Assembly (NCBI GenBank): GCA_017410065.1
Contig: JAFQRL010000032.1
Coordinates: 1,027-65,026, forward strand
Direction of reading: 5' to 3'
DNA: 64,000 nucleotides
From: Clostridia bacterium
GTDB taxonomy: Bacteria > Bacillota > Clostridia > Oscillospirales > CAG-272
The translations under genes and the position numbers were made by a program. Below, one piece after another: positions 26,561-36,210 of this stretch. A model generated the notes under the pieces. The model was given only the letters and a program-made list of their open reading frames with translations. It was not told where the DNA came from and searched no databases. Position 1 is the stretch's first letter. Every line of letters begins with the position of its first letter.

Positions 26561-27712
26561 ATGAAAACCGTTAAAACCTCAAGGCTGTTCGAAAGAAAGC
26601 AAGACAAGATAAGCGGCGTTCCCTACTACGTCCTAACGGAAAAGAAATGCGCCTATCAGCAAGGCTTCTATTTTGTAAATAATTCCATAACGCTCGATGG
26701 CAGGTATCTGTGGTTCTATACAGCCGAAAGCCCCGTTTACGATGCATCTTTAAGAAATATGGGCTACGTTGACTTCCTTACCGACGAGGTCGTGATCTGC
26801 CACGATATAATCATAGACGATACCTCTCCGTACGTAGATCCCCAAACCGGAACGGTCTATTACACCAAGGGCGCGTCCGTCTATATGCGCGAGCCCGGCA
26901 AGAACAAAGCGGCAAAAAAGCTTTGCACAGTACCGTTTGGCGGATATATACGGACAATAGCCAGCCACCTGACGCCCCTGTCGGACGGCAAGAGCTTTTT
27001 ACTTGACATTCAGCGCTATAACTTCGGTAACATTCAGGGAACTATCAATATCGAAACGGGTGAGTTCACCGAATGGTCACGCTGTGATCATCAAACGGGG
27101 CACGGTCAGATCAACCCCAAAAACGACGCCCTCGGGCTTTTCGCCTATGAGTCGCACGTGGATCTTGCGACAGGCAAAAAGGTCTTCGGCGTTCCTATAG
27201 ACGAAAACGGAGTTTATCAAAGGCTTTGGACTATTACGGCAGACGGCGTCCGCACCTGCTACCCTGCAAGAGATAATTACGCCTCACACGAATGGTGGTC
27301 GGCAGACGGAAAGAAAATATTCTACGTCAACGATTTCGGAATACAGCGTCTTGACCTGACAACCGGCGAGCATATCTGCGTTCACGAATGCTACCCCTGG
27401 CACGCTCATACGACAAAGGACGAAAATTATTATGTTTTCGACGAGAAGGTTCTTGATCGCTACGATGGAAAATGGTTCAGAGGCTGTCCTGCCGCGGTCA
27501 AATTTTATAACCGCATAACGAATAAGGAAATTGCCATCGTCACTGAAATGCCCGAAAACGGATTCTCCCCAAGCAACCAATGCACGTACCACATCGACCC
27601 GCATCCTCGATTTACCGATGACGAAAAATACATAGTTTTCACAACCACAGAGCTTGGCGGTGTTGATCTGGCTGTTGCCGTAGTTGACGAGCTTGTGGAG
27701 CTTACAAAGTAA
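26561..27712 (+). CDS. PL22-like protein, paralog 2
   Basis: 383 aa, collinear with paralogs 1, 3 and 4. Identical C-terminal tail VVDELVELTK as paralog 1. Confidence 0.7.
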   Translation: MKTVKTSRLFERKQDKISGVPYYVLTEKKCAYQQGFYFVNNSITLDGRYLWFYTAESPVYDASLRNMGYVDFLTDEVVICHDIIIDDTSPYVDPQTGTVYYTKGASVYMREPGKNKAAKKLCTVPFGGYIRTIASHLTPLSDGKSFLLDIQRYNFGNIQGTINIETGEFTEWSRCDHQTGHGQINPKNDALGLFAYESHVDLATGKKVFGVPIDENGVYQRLWTITADGVRTCYPARDNYASHEWWSADGKKIFYVNDFGIQRLDLTTGEHICVHECYPWHAHTTKDENYYVFDEKVLDRYDGKWFRGCPAAVKFYNRITNKEIAIVTEMPENGFSPSNQCTYHIDPHPRFTDDEKYIVFTTTELGGVDLAVAVVDELVELTK

Positions 27713-27830
27713 AGCGTAGCCAAAGCCAAAAGAGGCGGAAGATTTGCGCCAAATCCATAAAAATTCAATGATGAACCCACAAAACACCCAAAAACTATAA
27801 CTTTTTTCATATAAATCAGGAGAAAACCGA

Positions 27831-28991
27831 ATGAAAACACCAATGACCTCGAAGCATTTCACAAAAGTCGTTGACCCCAAAACGGGTATACCCCACTACG
27901 TTCTCGCAACAAGGCTTGCAAAGTATCAGCAGGGCTTCTACTTCGTGAATAATTCTATGACGCGTGACGGCAGATATCTTTGGTTTTACGCCGTGCCCGC
28001 ACCTGTCTACGACACTATGAGCCGCAATATGGGCTACGTTGACTTCCTCACCGACGAGGTGGTAATATGCTACGACGTACTCTTTGACGATGCCACACCC
28101 TTTGTCGACCCTGACACAGGCGACGTTTACTTCACCCACAAAAAGGGTATCTACAAGCGCGAGCCGAAAAAGGATGCGACCGCCGTGAAGCTCTGCACCG
28201 TGAATATCCCGGGGCACGTGAACAAGCTTGCCACTCATCTCACGAGATGCTCCGATAAATCCCGCTTCTTCCTTGATATAAACAGGGGCGACTTCGGCTG
28301 TATTCAGGGCACCGTCAATATTGAAACAGGCGAATTCACCGAATGGAGCCGCGCGCCGCTTGGCGTTAATATGAACCACGGACAAATAAACCCAAGTAAC
28401 GACCGCCTTGCCCTCTGCGCCTACGACGGATGGTCAAGCCTTGAAAGCGGTGAACATCACCGCATCCCCTATGACGAAAACGGCGTTTATCAAAGGCTTT
28501 GGACGCTCACCGCAGACGGAGGTCGCAAAATGCACCCAGCAATGCACAACTACGCCACCCACGAATGGTGGTCGGGTGACGGCAAAAAGATCTATTATTG
28601 CTGTGACGGGTACGGCATCTACGGCATCGATCTTGAAACAGGCGAGGATATCACCATCCTTGAGGGCGTTGACCCTTGGCACGCTCACTCCACAAGAGAC
28701 GACTCCTATTTCATCTATGATGAAAAGAAGCTTGAACGCTACGGCGGCAAGTGGTACAGAGGCTGTCCCGCCGCCCTGAATTTCCTAAACAGAAAAACAG
28801 GAAAGCACCTTGTGGTTATCTCCGAGATGCCCGAGAACGGCTTCACTCCGGAAAATCAGACGGCTTACCACATCGACCCTCACCCGAGATTTTCCGAAAA
28901 CGAAAAATACGTTATATTCTCAACCTCCGAGCTTGGCGGTTGTGATCTTGCGATAGCATCGGTTGAGGAGCTCATAAAGCTCACGAGCTAA
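27831..28991 (+). CDS. PL22-like protein, paralog 3
   Basis: 386 aa with the same motif set. aggag RBS. Confidence 0.7.
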   Translation: MKTPMTSKHFTKVVDPKTGIPHYVLATRLAKYQQGFYFVNNSMTRDGRYLWFYAVPAPVYDTMSRNMGYVDFLTDEVVICYDVLFDDATPFVDPDTGDVYFTHKKGIYKREPKKDATAVKLCTVNIPGHVNKLATHLTRCSDKSRFFLDINRGDFGCIQGTVNIETGEFTEWSRAPLGVNMNHGQINPSNDRLALCAYDGWSSLESGEHHRIPYDENGVYQRLWTLTADGGRKMHPAMHNYATHEWWSGDGKKIYYCCDGYGIYGIDLETGEDITILEGVDPWHAHSTRDDSYFIYDEKKLERYGGKWYRGCPAALNFLNRKTGKHLVVISEMPENGFTPENQTAYHIDPHPRFSENEKYVIFSTSELGGCDLAIASVEELIKLTS

Positions 28992-29026
28992 ACCGTCCAA
29001 AACGTTGAAAAAGAAGGCAGAATTTT

Positions 29027-30175
29027 ATGAAAACCCCAGAAACATCAAGGCTTTTTAAAAGGGTCACAGACCCCAAAACAGGCGTGCCTCACTACGTGCT
29101 CACCGAAAGGGCTTGCGAATATCAGCAAGGCTTCTACTTCGTGAATAATTCTATGACGCGTGACGGCAGATACCTTTGGTTCTACGCTACGGCGGCACCC
29201 GTTTATCACGATATGTATAGAAATCTTGGCTACGTTGACTTTCTCACCGACGAGATAGTTATCTGCTACGACGCCCTCTTTCACGCCGCCACCCCATATA
29301 TCGATCCCGACACAGGCACGGCGTATTTCACCAACGACAAGACCCTCTATAAAAGAGAGCCGGGCAAGGATAAAAAGGCCGAAAAGCTCTGCTACGTCAA
29401 CATTCCGGGCTACGTCACCTGCCTTGCCACCCACCTGACGCGCCTTTCGGATAAGGAAAGCTTTTTCCTTGATATCCGCCGCGCCGACTTCGGCGGCATA
29501 CAGGGAGTTGTGAACGTGAAGGACGGCTCATTCACCGAATGGAGACGTGATGAGCAGCCCATAAACCACGGTCAGATAAACCCTGTCAACGATAGCCTTG
29601 CACTTTGCGCCTATGATTCCGCGGGAAGCCTTAAGGACGGAAAAAATCTGCGCGTCCCATACGATGAGGCAGGCGTTTATAAAAGGCTCTGCACGGTGAC
29701 ATCGAGCGGCAACAAGACCGACTATGCCCCGAGAAACAACTACGCTACCCACGAATGGTGGTCTGCCGACGGCAAAAAAATCTACTACGTGAACGACCTG
29801 GGTATTCAACGCCTGGATCTCACCACAGGCGAGCATATCTGCATCCACGAGTGCAAGCCCTGGCACGCCCACACCACATCCGACGAAAAATATTACGTTT
29901 ACGACGAAAAGGTTCTGGATAGATACGGCGGCAGATGGTTTCGCGGTTGCCCTGCGGCGGTTAAATTCTACAACCGCGAGACCGACAGGGAGATCACCGT
30001 TGTCACCGAGATGCCCGAGAACAAAAACAGTCCCGAAAGGCAAAACTACTACCACATCGACCCCCACCCGAGGTTTTCGGAAAACGAAAAATACGTTATT
30101 TTCTCAACCACCGAGCTTGGCGGATGCGACCTTGCGGTGGCATCGGTGGAGGAGCTGGTCTCGCTAACGAAATAA
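29027..30175 (+). CDS. PL22-like protein, paralog 4
   Basis: 382 aa with the same motif set. Followed by the hairpin GAGAATAAGCCG..CGGTTTATTCTC. Confidence 0.7.
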   Translation: MKTPETSRLFKRVTDPKTGVPHYVLTERACEYQQGFYFVNNSMTRDGRYLWFYATAAPVYHDMYRNLGYVDFLTDEIVICYDALFHAATPYIDPDTGTAYFTNDKTLYKREPGKDKKAEKLCYVNIPGYVTCLATHLTRLSDKESFFLDIRRADFGGIQGVVNVKDGSFTEWRRDEQPINHGQINPVNDSLALCAYDSAGSLKDGKNLRVPYDEAGVYKRLCTVTSSGNKTDYAPRNNYATHEWWSADGKKIYYVNDLGIQRLDLTTGEHICIHECKPWHAHTTSDEKYYVYDEKVLDRYGGRWFRGCPAAVKFYNRETDREITVVTEMPENKNSPERQNYYHIDPHPRFSENEKYVIFSTTELGGCDLAVASVEELVSLTK

Positions 30176-30334
30176 TCAAGGAAAAGGGAGAATAAGCCGT
30201 CCTTGCGGTTTATTCTCTCATATTATATCGGGGTGTTAGGGACGGCGGAGCATTTTTTTGCGCCGTACCCCGCCGCAGCACCGCCCGGTGGGCACAATTT
30301 GTTCTTTTTGTATTATAAATAATTATTTTTGTTA

Positions 30335-30363
30335 TTGACACCCCTCGCCTTATGATGTATAAT
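30335..30363 (+). promoter_or_regulatory. Consensus sigma-A promoter (TTGACA-17-TATAAT)
   Basis: TTGACA 30335-30340 and TATAAT 30358-30363, 30 nt upstream of ATG 30394. Confidence 0.75.
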
Positions 30364-30393
30364 CTAGGTAAATAAAAACCTCGGAGGCAGGCT

Positions 30394-32739
30394 ATGTTTA
30401 TAGGTTATATTGAAGACGCAAAATTTGAATACTACCGTGCGGGATCGGATACTCCCCTTCAGCCCTCTATCGTTGACGGCTGTGCCGTGTGGGATTGGAA
30501 AAAGCTTTATAACTCCGCACTTGATATCAGAGTATCTCTCGGCAGAGAGTGCTTTGTCGGCTCGGTAACGCTTCCCTTCTCGGGCTTCACCAAGGTGTAC
30601 GGTATTGAAATTTATTCGGGCGACTCTCTCATATCCCGATATATGGCAGAGCCCGAGACCTATTTCACCACCGATAAAACCGTCTCCGTTGGCGCGACTC
30701 TCTCCGCCTTCACCATCCGTTTATACGATGCCTTCAGCACCATAACTCTCGGCAAGATCCGCATCTCCGCCGCCTACGAGGACGGCGCGCCTCTCATCTG
30801 GCCCACTCCCAAAAATGCGGAGTTTGGGGAGGGGCGTGTTAAAATTTCGGGCATTTCTTGCTCCGCCGACCCTGCGGAGGCATTTGCGGCAGAGCTTCTT
30901 TCAGAGGGACTTTCGGCAAAGCTCGGATCTCTTCCCGAAAATGAGAGGGGAGTTCCCGTGAGCCTTAAGCTCTCCCCCGAGCTTGAAAAGGAGAGGCTTG
31001 TGATCGAGGTCACGGAAAGCGAGGCTCGCATCACCGCGGGCGCACCTCTTTCCCTCAACCGCGCCGCTTGTATCCTTGCGGCTATATGCGAGGGCGGCTC
31101 GCTCCCCATCTGCAAAATAGACGACACTCCCACCCTTGAGATGCGCGGCTTCCATATCGGGCTTCCCAAGAGGGAAAATATAGATTTCGCAAAAAAGCTT
31201 TACCGCTACGTGCTTCTGCCTCTCGGCTATAATCAGCTTATCGTTCAGTTCTGCGGAGGTATGCGCTACGACCGTCACCCCGAGATAACCGAGGCGTGGC
31301 TTGAAGGCAACCGCCTTGCAAGAGAGGGCAAGCAGCCTACCTTCCCTCACGACTATATGGGAGCCGAGGGCACGGTGCTTGAAAAGGACGAGGTCCGCGG
31401 GCTGCTTGACTACGCAAGATCTCTCGGCTTTGAGATAATACCCGAGGTGCAGAGCCTCGGCCACGTTCAGTATATCACCTATGCTCACCCCGAGATCGGC
31501 GAGAGAGATGAGAATGAGACACAGGTGAAGGACACGAGAGCCGAGGACCTTCGCCCCAGCGAATTCTTCACCCATTGCTATTGCCCCTCAAACGAAAAGA
31601 GCTATGAGATCATCTTCGATATAATGGAGGAGATCATCGAGGTCGCGCGCCCCGAGCGTTATCTCCATATCGGTCACGACGAGGTATACCATCTTGGCGT
31701 TTGCCCGAAATGTCGCGGCAAGAGCCACGCAGACCTTTTCGTCTCCGACGTTATGCGCCTTTATAATTTCCTCAAGGAGCGCGGTCTTGGCACTATGATG
31801 TGGGGCGATATGCTTCAGCCCACCACAAAGTACGAAACCAAGCCCTCAATAGATATGCTCCCCAAGGATATCGTTCAGCTTGATTTTATATGGTATTTCC
31901 ACCTGGGGCTTGATATCGAGGATAACCTTCTTGAGAAGGGCTATAAGGTTGGCATCGGCAATCTTTATTCCTCCCACTTCCCAAGATATAAGAGCCGCGC
32001 CTTGAAGGACGGTATGATCGGCGGTCAGCTTTCCACCTGGTGCGCCGTTAACGAATACGCAATGGGCAAAAAGGGCAAATTCTGGGATGCGACCTACACC
32101 GCCGAGATGCTCTGTCGCCCCGAGCTGTACGACCCCGATATGCGCTGGGTTTACAGCCATATAATTTCAAAATATATTCAGCCTGTGCAAAGAGACCTTA
32201 TCCGCGGAAAATGGAGCCCCGAGGGCTGGAGCAGAAAGGATATCGCTCTCCCGTATTCTCTCGGCGAGGGTGTTCCCGAGGTCATTCGAAAGAATCGCCC
32301 GAATGCCACCGTGGCAAGGGACATCAGAGTTGAGGTCGGCGAGAGCTTTGAGAGAATAAGGCTTGAGAGTGCCTGCCTGAATATCGGTCTCCGAATTCCG
32401 TGGGAGCCTCTCTATATCTCAGGCACCGTCACTCTTGAATACGAGGACGGCACTAAATCGGACGCGCCTCTCGAATACGCGGGCGGCACTCATTATATCA
32501 AACGCCGCTACGGCGAGCCCTTCCCCGAGCCCGCCCACAGGCACACAGGCTATTCGGGCACCTGGTTTGCAGACCCCTCCCTTGAGATCACCTGTGACGG
32601 TGCTCCCTATCTTCTCACCGAGCTTATAATCGAAAACCCCGAGCCCGAAAAGAAGATAAAAGCCATATCCTATAAGCCCACAGAGGACGACTACACGAAG
32701 GTCATCATCACCTCGATCAGCGGCTCAAACAGAAAATAA
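30394..32739 (+). CDS. GH20-like (hexosaminidase-fold) glycoside hydrolase
   Basis: 781 aa. MRGFHIGLP at the barrel start, SLGHVQY, and HIGHDEV (compare the GH20 H-x-G-G-D-E motif) followed by CPKC. Confidence 0.6.
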   Translation: MFIGYIEDAKFEYYRAGSDTPLQPSIVDGCAVWDWKKLYNSALDIRVSLGRECFVGSVTLPFSGFTKVYGIEIYSGDSLISRYMAEPETYFTTDKTVSVGATLSAFTIRLYDAFSTITLGKIRISAAYEDGAPLIWPTPKNAEFGEGRVKISGISCSADPAEAFAAELLSEGLSAKLGSLPENERGVPVSLKLSPELEKERLVIEVTESEARITAGAPLSLNRAACILAAICEGGSLPICKIDDTPTLEMRGFHIGLPKRENIDFAKKLYRYVLLPLGYNQLIVQFCGGMRYDRHPEITEAWLEGNRLAREGKQPTFPHDYMGAEGTVLEKDEVRGLLDYARSLGFEIIPEVQSLGHVQYITYAHPEIGERDENETQVKDTRAEDLRPSEFFTHCYCPSNEKSYEIIFDIMEEIIEVARPERYLHIGHDEVYHLGVCPKCRGKSHADLFVSDVMRLYNFLKERGLGTMMWGDMLQPTTKYETKPSIDMLPKDIVQLDFIWYFHLGLDIEDNLLEKGYKVGIGNLYSSHFPRYKSRALKDGMIGGQLSTWCAVNEYAMGKKGKFWDATYTAEMLCRPELYDPDMRWVYSHIISKYIQPVQRDLIRGKWSPEGWSRKDIALPYSLGEGVPEVIRKNRPNATVARDIRVEVGESFERIRLESACLNIGLRIPWEPLYISGTVTLEYEDGTKSDAPLEYAGGTHYIKRRYGEPFPEPAHRHTGYSGTWFADPSLEITCDGAPYLLTELIIENPEPEKKIKAISYKPTEDDYTKVIITSISGSNRK

Positions 32740-32796
32740 AAACTCAAAGCCGCGCAAGACGATAATCACAGCCCTGCGCGGCAATAAACCTAAATT

Positions 32797-32814
32797 TGCA
32801 AATAATTGTTTGCA
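32797..32814. promoter_or_regulatory. Operator-like palindrome TGCAAA-N6-TTTGCA
   Basis: The 26-nt block 32795-32820 is 22/26 identical to 39395-39420. Lies 44-69 nt upstream of the MFS ATG. Confidence 0.5.
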
Positions 32815-32863
32815 TTTTTACCTATTTTAAGATATTTCGGCATTATCAAAGGTCGTAATTAAA

Positions 32864-34084
32864 ATGAAAATTTCGGGATCATCAAAGCTGATATTCCTTT
32901 GCTGGCTGGCATACACCTGCTCCTACGTTGGCAAGCTCAGCTACAGCGCAAACATAAACCCCATCGGCACAGCCTTCGGCGTCAGCTATTCGGAGACGGG
33001 TCTCGTTGCCACCCTTTTCTTCTTCGCATACGGAGTCGGACAGGTGGTAAACGGACTTCTCTGCAAAAGGTATAATGTTAAATACACGGTGTTCGCCGCC
33101 CTCACGGTCGGTGCGCTAATGAATCTTCTTATTCCTCTTGTGCCCGATTTCCGCTTTATCAAATACATCTGGCTTGTCAACGGCGCGGCTCTCTCCTTCC
33201 TTTGGACCTCACTTATAAGGTTGCTTTCGGAAACTCTGCCCACCGCCCACATCCCGAGAGCCACGGTTGCTATGGGCACAACTGTTGCCACAGGAACCTT
33301 TATCATCTACGGCATCAGCTCGCTTCTCGTTTCGACCCTTTCCTATAAGATCACCTTCTACGTTGCCGCGGCGATAATGCTCTCTGCCGCGCTAATATGG
33401 CTTTTCAGCTATTCACCCCTCGTCAACCCTCTCCTTGCCGAGCGAGCAAGTGAGGTCGCGAGTGTCGCCGTCGACGAAAAGAAAAGTCTCGGCACAATTC
33501 GCGGAAGCCTTTGGGCTTTTATCGGCGTGGTTGCCCTGTTTGCCGTCTCAAATAATCTTATCAAGGACGGACTCACCACCTGGACTCCCGATATTCTCGA
33601 TAAAATTTACGGCACCCCCGAGTGGCTGTCCATTCTTCTTACCCTGGTTCTTCCACTTCTCGGCATCTTCGGCGCAATGCTCGCCATCAGAATTCAGAAG
33701 AAAACGAAAAGCTTTATCCTCTCCTGCTTCCTTCTTTTCTTCTGCTCCCTCGCCCTTATCGTCACGGTGCTTGTGTTCCTTATGAACCCCTCTCTTCCCG
33801 TCACGGTCTCCTGCTTCGCTCTTGTTTCCTGCTTTATGGCAAGCATAAACAATATCGTCACAAGTATGATACCCCTCGCCCTTAAAGAAAGAATGGGCTC
33901 GGGCAAGCTTGCGGGAGTTCTGAACGGCTTCTGCTACATTGGCAGTACCGTCAGCGCATACGGGCTCGGATACATCGCCACCACCGGCGGCTGGTTTGCC
34001 GTGTTCTACGTGCTCATCGGCGTTTGCGCCCTTGCCTCGGCGGTCGGAATTACTTATTATATCATAAACAGGATAAAAATATGA
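32864..34084 (+). CDS. MFS transporter
   Basis: 406 aa, 12 TM segments. Confidence 0.75.
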   Translation: MKISGSSKLIFLCWLAYTCSYVGKLSYSANINPIGTAFGVSYSETGLVATLFFFAYGVGQVVNGLLCKRYNVKYTVFAALTVGALMNLLIPLVPDFRFIKYIWLVNGAALSFLWTSLIRLLSETLPTAHIPRATVAMGTTVATGTFIIYGISSLLVSTLSYKITFYVAAAIMLSAALIWLFSYSPLVNPLLAERASEVASVAVDEKKSLGTIRGSLWAFIGVVALFAVSNNLIKDGLTTWTPDILDKIYGTPEWLSILLTLVLPLLGIFGAMLAIRIQKKTKSFILSCFLLFFCSLALIVTVLVFLMNPSLPVTVSCFALVSCFMASINNIVTSMIPLALKERMGSGKLAGVLNGFCYIGSTVSAYGLGYIATTGGWFAVFYVLIGVCALASAVGITYYIINRIKI

Positions 34085-34899
34085 AATACGCGATAGATCA
34101 CGATCTTCACATACACTCATACCTCTCCTCCTGCTCAAGCGACCCTAAGCAAAGCCCCGAATTTATTCTCGGCTACGCCAAGGAAAACGGATTTTCCACC
34201 GTCTGCATAACAGACCATTATTGGGATAGCGCAACAGGCGGCTTCATTTCGGATGGATATTCAAAGCAGAATTTTGATCATATAACATCCATCCTTCCCT
34301 TGCCGAAGGTGGGCGAGGTTGAAATGCTCTTTGGCTGCGAGACCGATATAAGAGCCGACCTCACCCTCGGCACCGTGCCCGAGCGATATCCCGAATTTGA
34401 CTTTATGGTTATCCCCACCACCCACCTTCATATGAAGGGCTTCACTATCAGCGAGGAGGATATCTTCATCCCCGAAAAGTGCGCCGAGCTCTGGGCATCC
34501 CGACTTGACGCGCTCCTTGATATGAGCCTCCCTTTTGAGAAGGTCGGCATAGCTCACCTCACCTGCTATCTCACAAACAAAAGCTCAAAGGAAAATTTTC
34601 TTGAAACGATGCGCCTTATCCAAAACGAAAGGATGCACTATCTCTTTGAAAAGGCGGCAAAGGTTGGCGCGGGAGTAGAGCTCAACCTTTCGGATATCAG
34701 CCTCACCAAAAAATACCCTGACGTGCTGATGCCCATATACAAAGCGGCAAAGGACGCGGGCTGTAAATTCTACCTCGGCAGCGACTCCCACCACCCCTCC
34801 GAATTCAAAAACGCAAAGAAATATTTCGAAGCGATGGCAGAAGCCCTCGCTCTCACCGAGGACGATAAGATACCCTTTATCCGAGATCGAAAGAGATAA
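34081..34899 (+). CDS. PHP-domain metal-dependent phosphoesterase
   Basis: N-terminal DHDLHIHS motif. The ATG overlaps the MFS stop (ATGA), indicating translational coupling. Confidence 0.7.
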   Translation: MKYAIDHDLHIHSYLSSCSSDPKQSPEFILGYAKENGFSTVCITDHYWDSATGGFISDGYSKQNFDHITSILPLPKVGEVEMLFGCETDIRADLTLGTVPERYPEFDFMVIPTTHLHMKGFTISEEDIFIPEKCAELWASRLDALLDMSLPFEKVGIAHLTCYLTNKSSKENFLETMRLIQNERMHYLFEKAAKVGAGVELNLSDISLTKKYPDVLMPIYKAAKDAGCKFYLGSDSHHPSEFKNAKKYFEAMAEALALTEDDKIPFIRDRKR

Positions 34900-35068
34900 A
34901 TCTCAAAAAATGGGACACCTCCCCGCCCCAAAACGCCTTTTTATTTCGGTGTGTCACTTCTCTCTAAAGCCAAGTTTGATCGTCTTCGATAGCACGCATT
35001 AAAAGTGCCCAGCCGCGAAACGAGGATCGCCCAGCCGAGAAATCTTTGGCAAATAGAAAGGATACAGT

Positions 35069-36022
35069 ATGAAAACCTCTTTGATAGTCCACCCCGAGGA
35101 GCTAACAAGGCGATATATAAAAAAGCTTTATAGCTCAGGCGCAGATATTATCGGTATACACCCCACAGGCGGCGAGACCGCAAAGCATTCCCTCGATCAC
35201 CTTCTTGAAATGCTTGAAGGTGACGAGCTTCCCTCGCTTCTCCGCTATGCAAGCGAGCTCGGGCTTGAGATAGAATACGAGCTACACTCGGCAAGCTACC
35301 TTCTCCCCCGAGAGCTTTTTACCGAACACCCCGAATACTTCAGAATGAACGATAAGGGCGAGAGGGTGTCCGATTTTAATTTCTGTGTGTCCTCGGAGGA
35401 AGCCCTTGAAATTTATTCGAGCCGAGCCGCGGCACTTGCAGAAAAGCTCTACCTCTCGCGCCCATACTACTATCTTTGGATGGACGATAAAAAGGGAGCG
35501 TTTTGCCAATGCGAGCTATGCAAAAGCCTCACCCCCTCGGATCAGCAATTAAAGGTTGCAAATCGGGTGGTCGAGAAGTTGAGGGCAAAAAACCCGAAGG
35601 CACATCTTGCGTATCTCGCTTATTTCGAGTGCGTTGAACCGCCAAAGGCAGTTGCACGGGATCAAGGTATTTTCCTTGAATACGCACCCTTTGAAAAATA
35701 CACAGCCAAGGGCGCAGACGCCCCCGAGCTTATAAAGCGAGAGCGCGAGGCTCTCCTTCCGCTCATAAAGCTTTTCGGCAAGAAAAACTTCAAGGTGCTT
35801 GAATATTGGTATGATAATTCAATGCTCTCCGAATGGAAGAAGCCGCCAAAGAAATTCACCCTGGACATTGAGGCTATGCGGCAGGACGTGTCCGATTTTC
35901 GCGCTATCGGAGCAGATTTTCTCGCATCGTTCGCCTGCTTCCTCGGCGAGGATTACGAAGCCCTCTACGGTGAGGTGGATCTCTCCGATCTCCCACGGCT
36001 TGCAAAATCCAAAGCTGAATAA
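35069..36022 (+). CDS. Short DUF4838-like protein (catalytic-core-only paralog)
   Basis: 317 aa. NFCVSSEEA..YLWMDDKKGAFCQCELC..TPSDQQ aligns with the NFCMSSEEA..HVWLSDGQNCHCECAEC..TPSDWY core of the 650-aa paralogs. Confidence 0.75.
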   Translation: MKTSLIVHPEELTRRYIKKLYSSGADIIGIHPTGGETAKHSLDHLLEMLEGDELPSLLRYASELGLEIEYELHSASYLLPRELFTEHPEYFRMNDKGERVSDFNFCVSSEEALEIYSSRAAALAEKLYLSRPYYYLWMDDKKGAFCQCELCKSLTPSDQQLKVANRVVEKLRAKNPKAHLAYLAYFECVEPPKAVARDQGIFLEYAPFEKYTAKGADAPELIKREREALLPLIKLFGKKNFKVLEYWYDNSMLSEWKKPPKKFTLDIEAMRQDVSDFRAIGADFLASFACFLGEDYEALYGEVDLSDLPRLAKSKAE

Positions 36023-36043
36023 GAAGCTTAAAACCAAATAATA

Positions 36044-36093
36044 AAAGGCTTGCCAAGGTATCAAAACGATATCAAAGCAAGCCTTTGTTTTTT
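36044..36093. terminator. Bidirectional rho-independent terminator
   Basis: AAAGGCTTGC..GCAAGCCTTT stem with an upstream A-tract and downstream GTTTTTT. Near-identical copy at 43467-43516. Confidence 0.75.
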
Positions 36094-36100
36094 ATGTTTT

Positions 36101-36177
36101 TATAAAACAGCATAAATGCTGTGCGTATATTGCTCGGCGGCGTTAGGGGTTGCCGCCGTTTGCTTTGCAAACCGCAA
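36101..36177. repeat. 77-bp hairpin-rich repeat, copy 1
   Basis: tataaaacagcataaatgctgtgcgtatattgctcggcggcgt..gcaaaccgcaa. Repeated exactly 160 bp downstream with about 4 differences. Confidence 0.85.
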
Positions 36178-36210
36178 AATTACCGCCGTATAAAACCAAA
36201 CTTAACACCT

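Noticed and set aside
34024-34080. Upstream start for the PHP gene (and similar long-ORF starts at 8562, 10385, 24526, 39401, 40745, 50986, 59235 and 20816)
   Set aside because: The internal ATGs have properly spaced AAGGAG-type RBSs and match paralog or ortholog N-termini. The upstream extensions overlap neighbouring genes or intergenic repeats.
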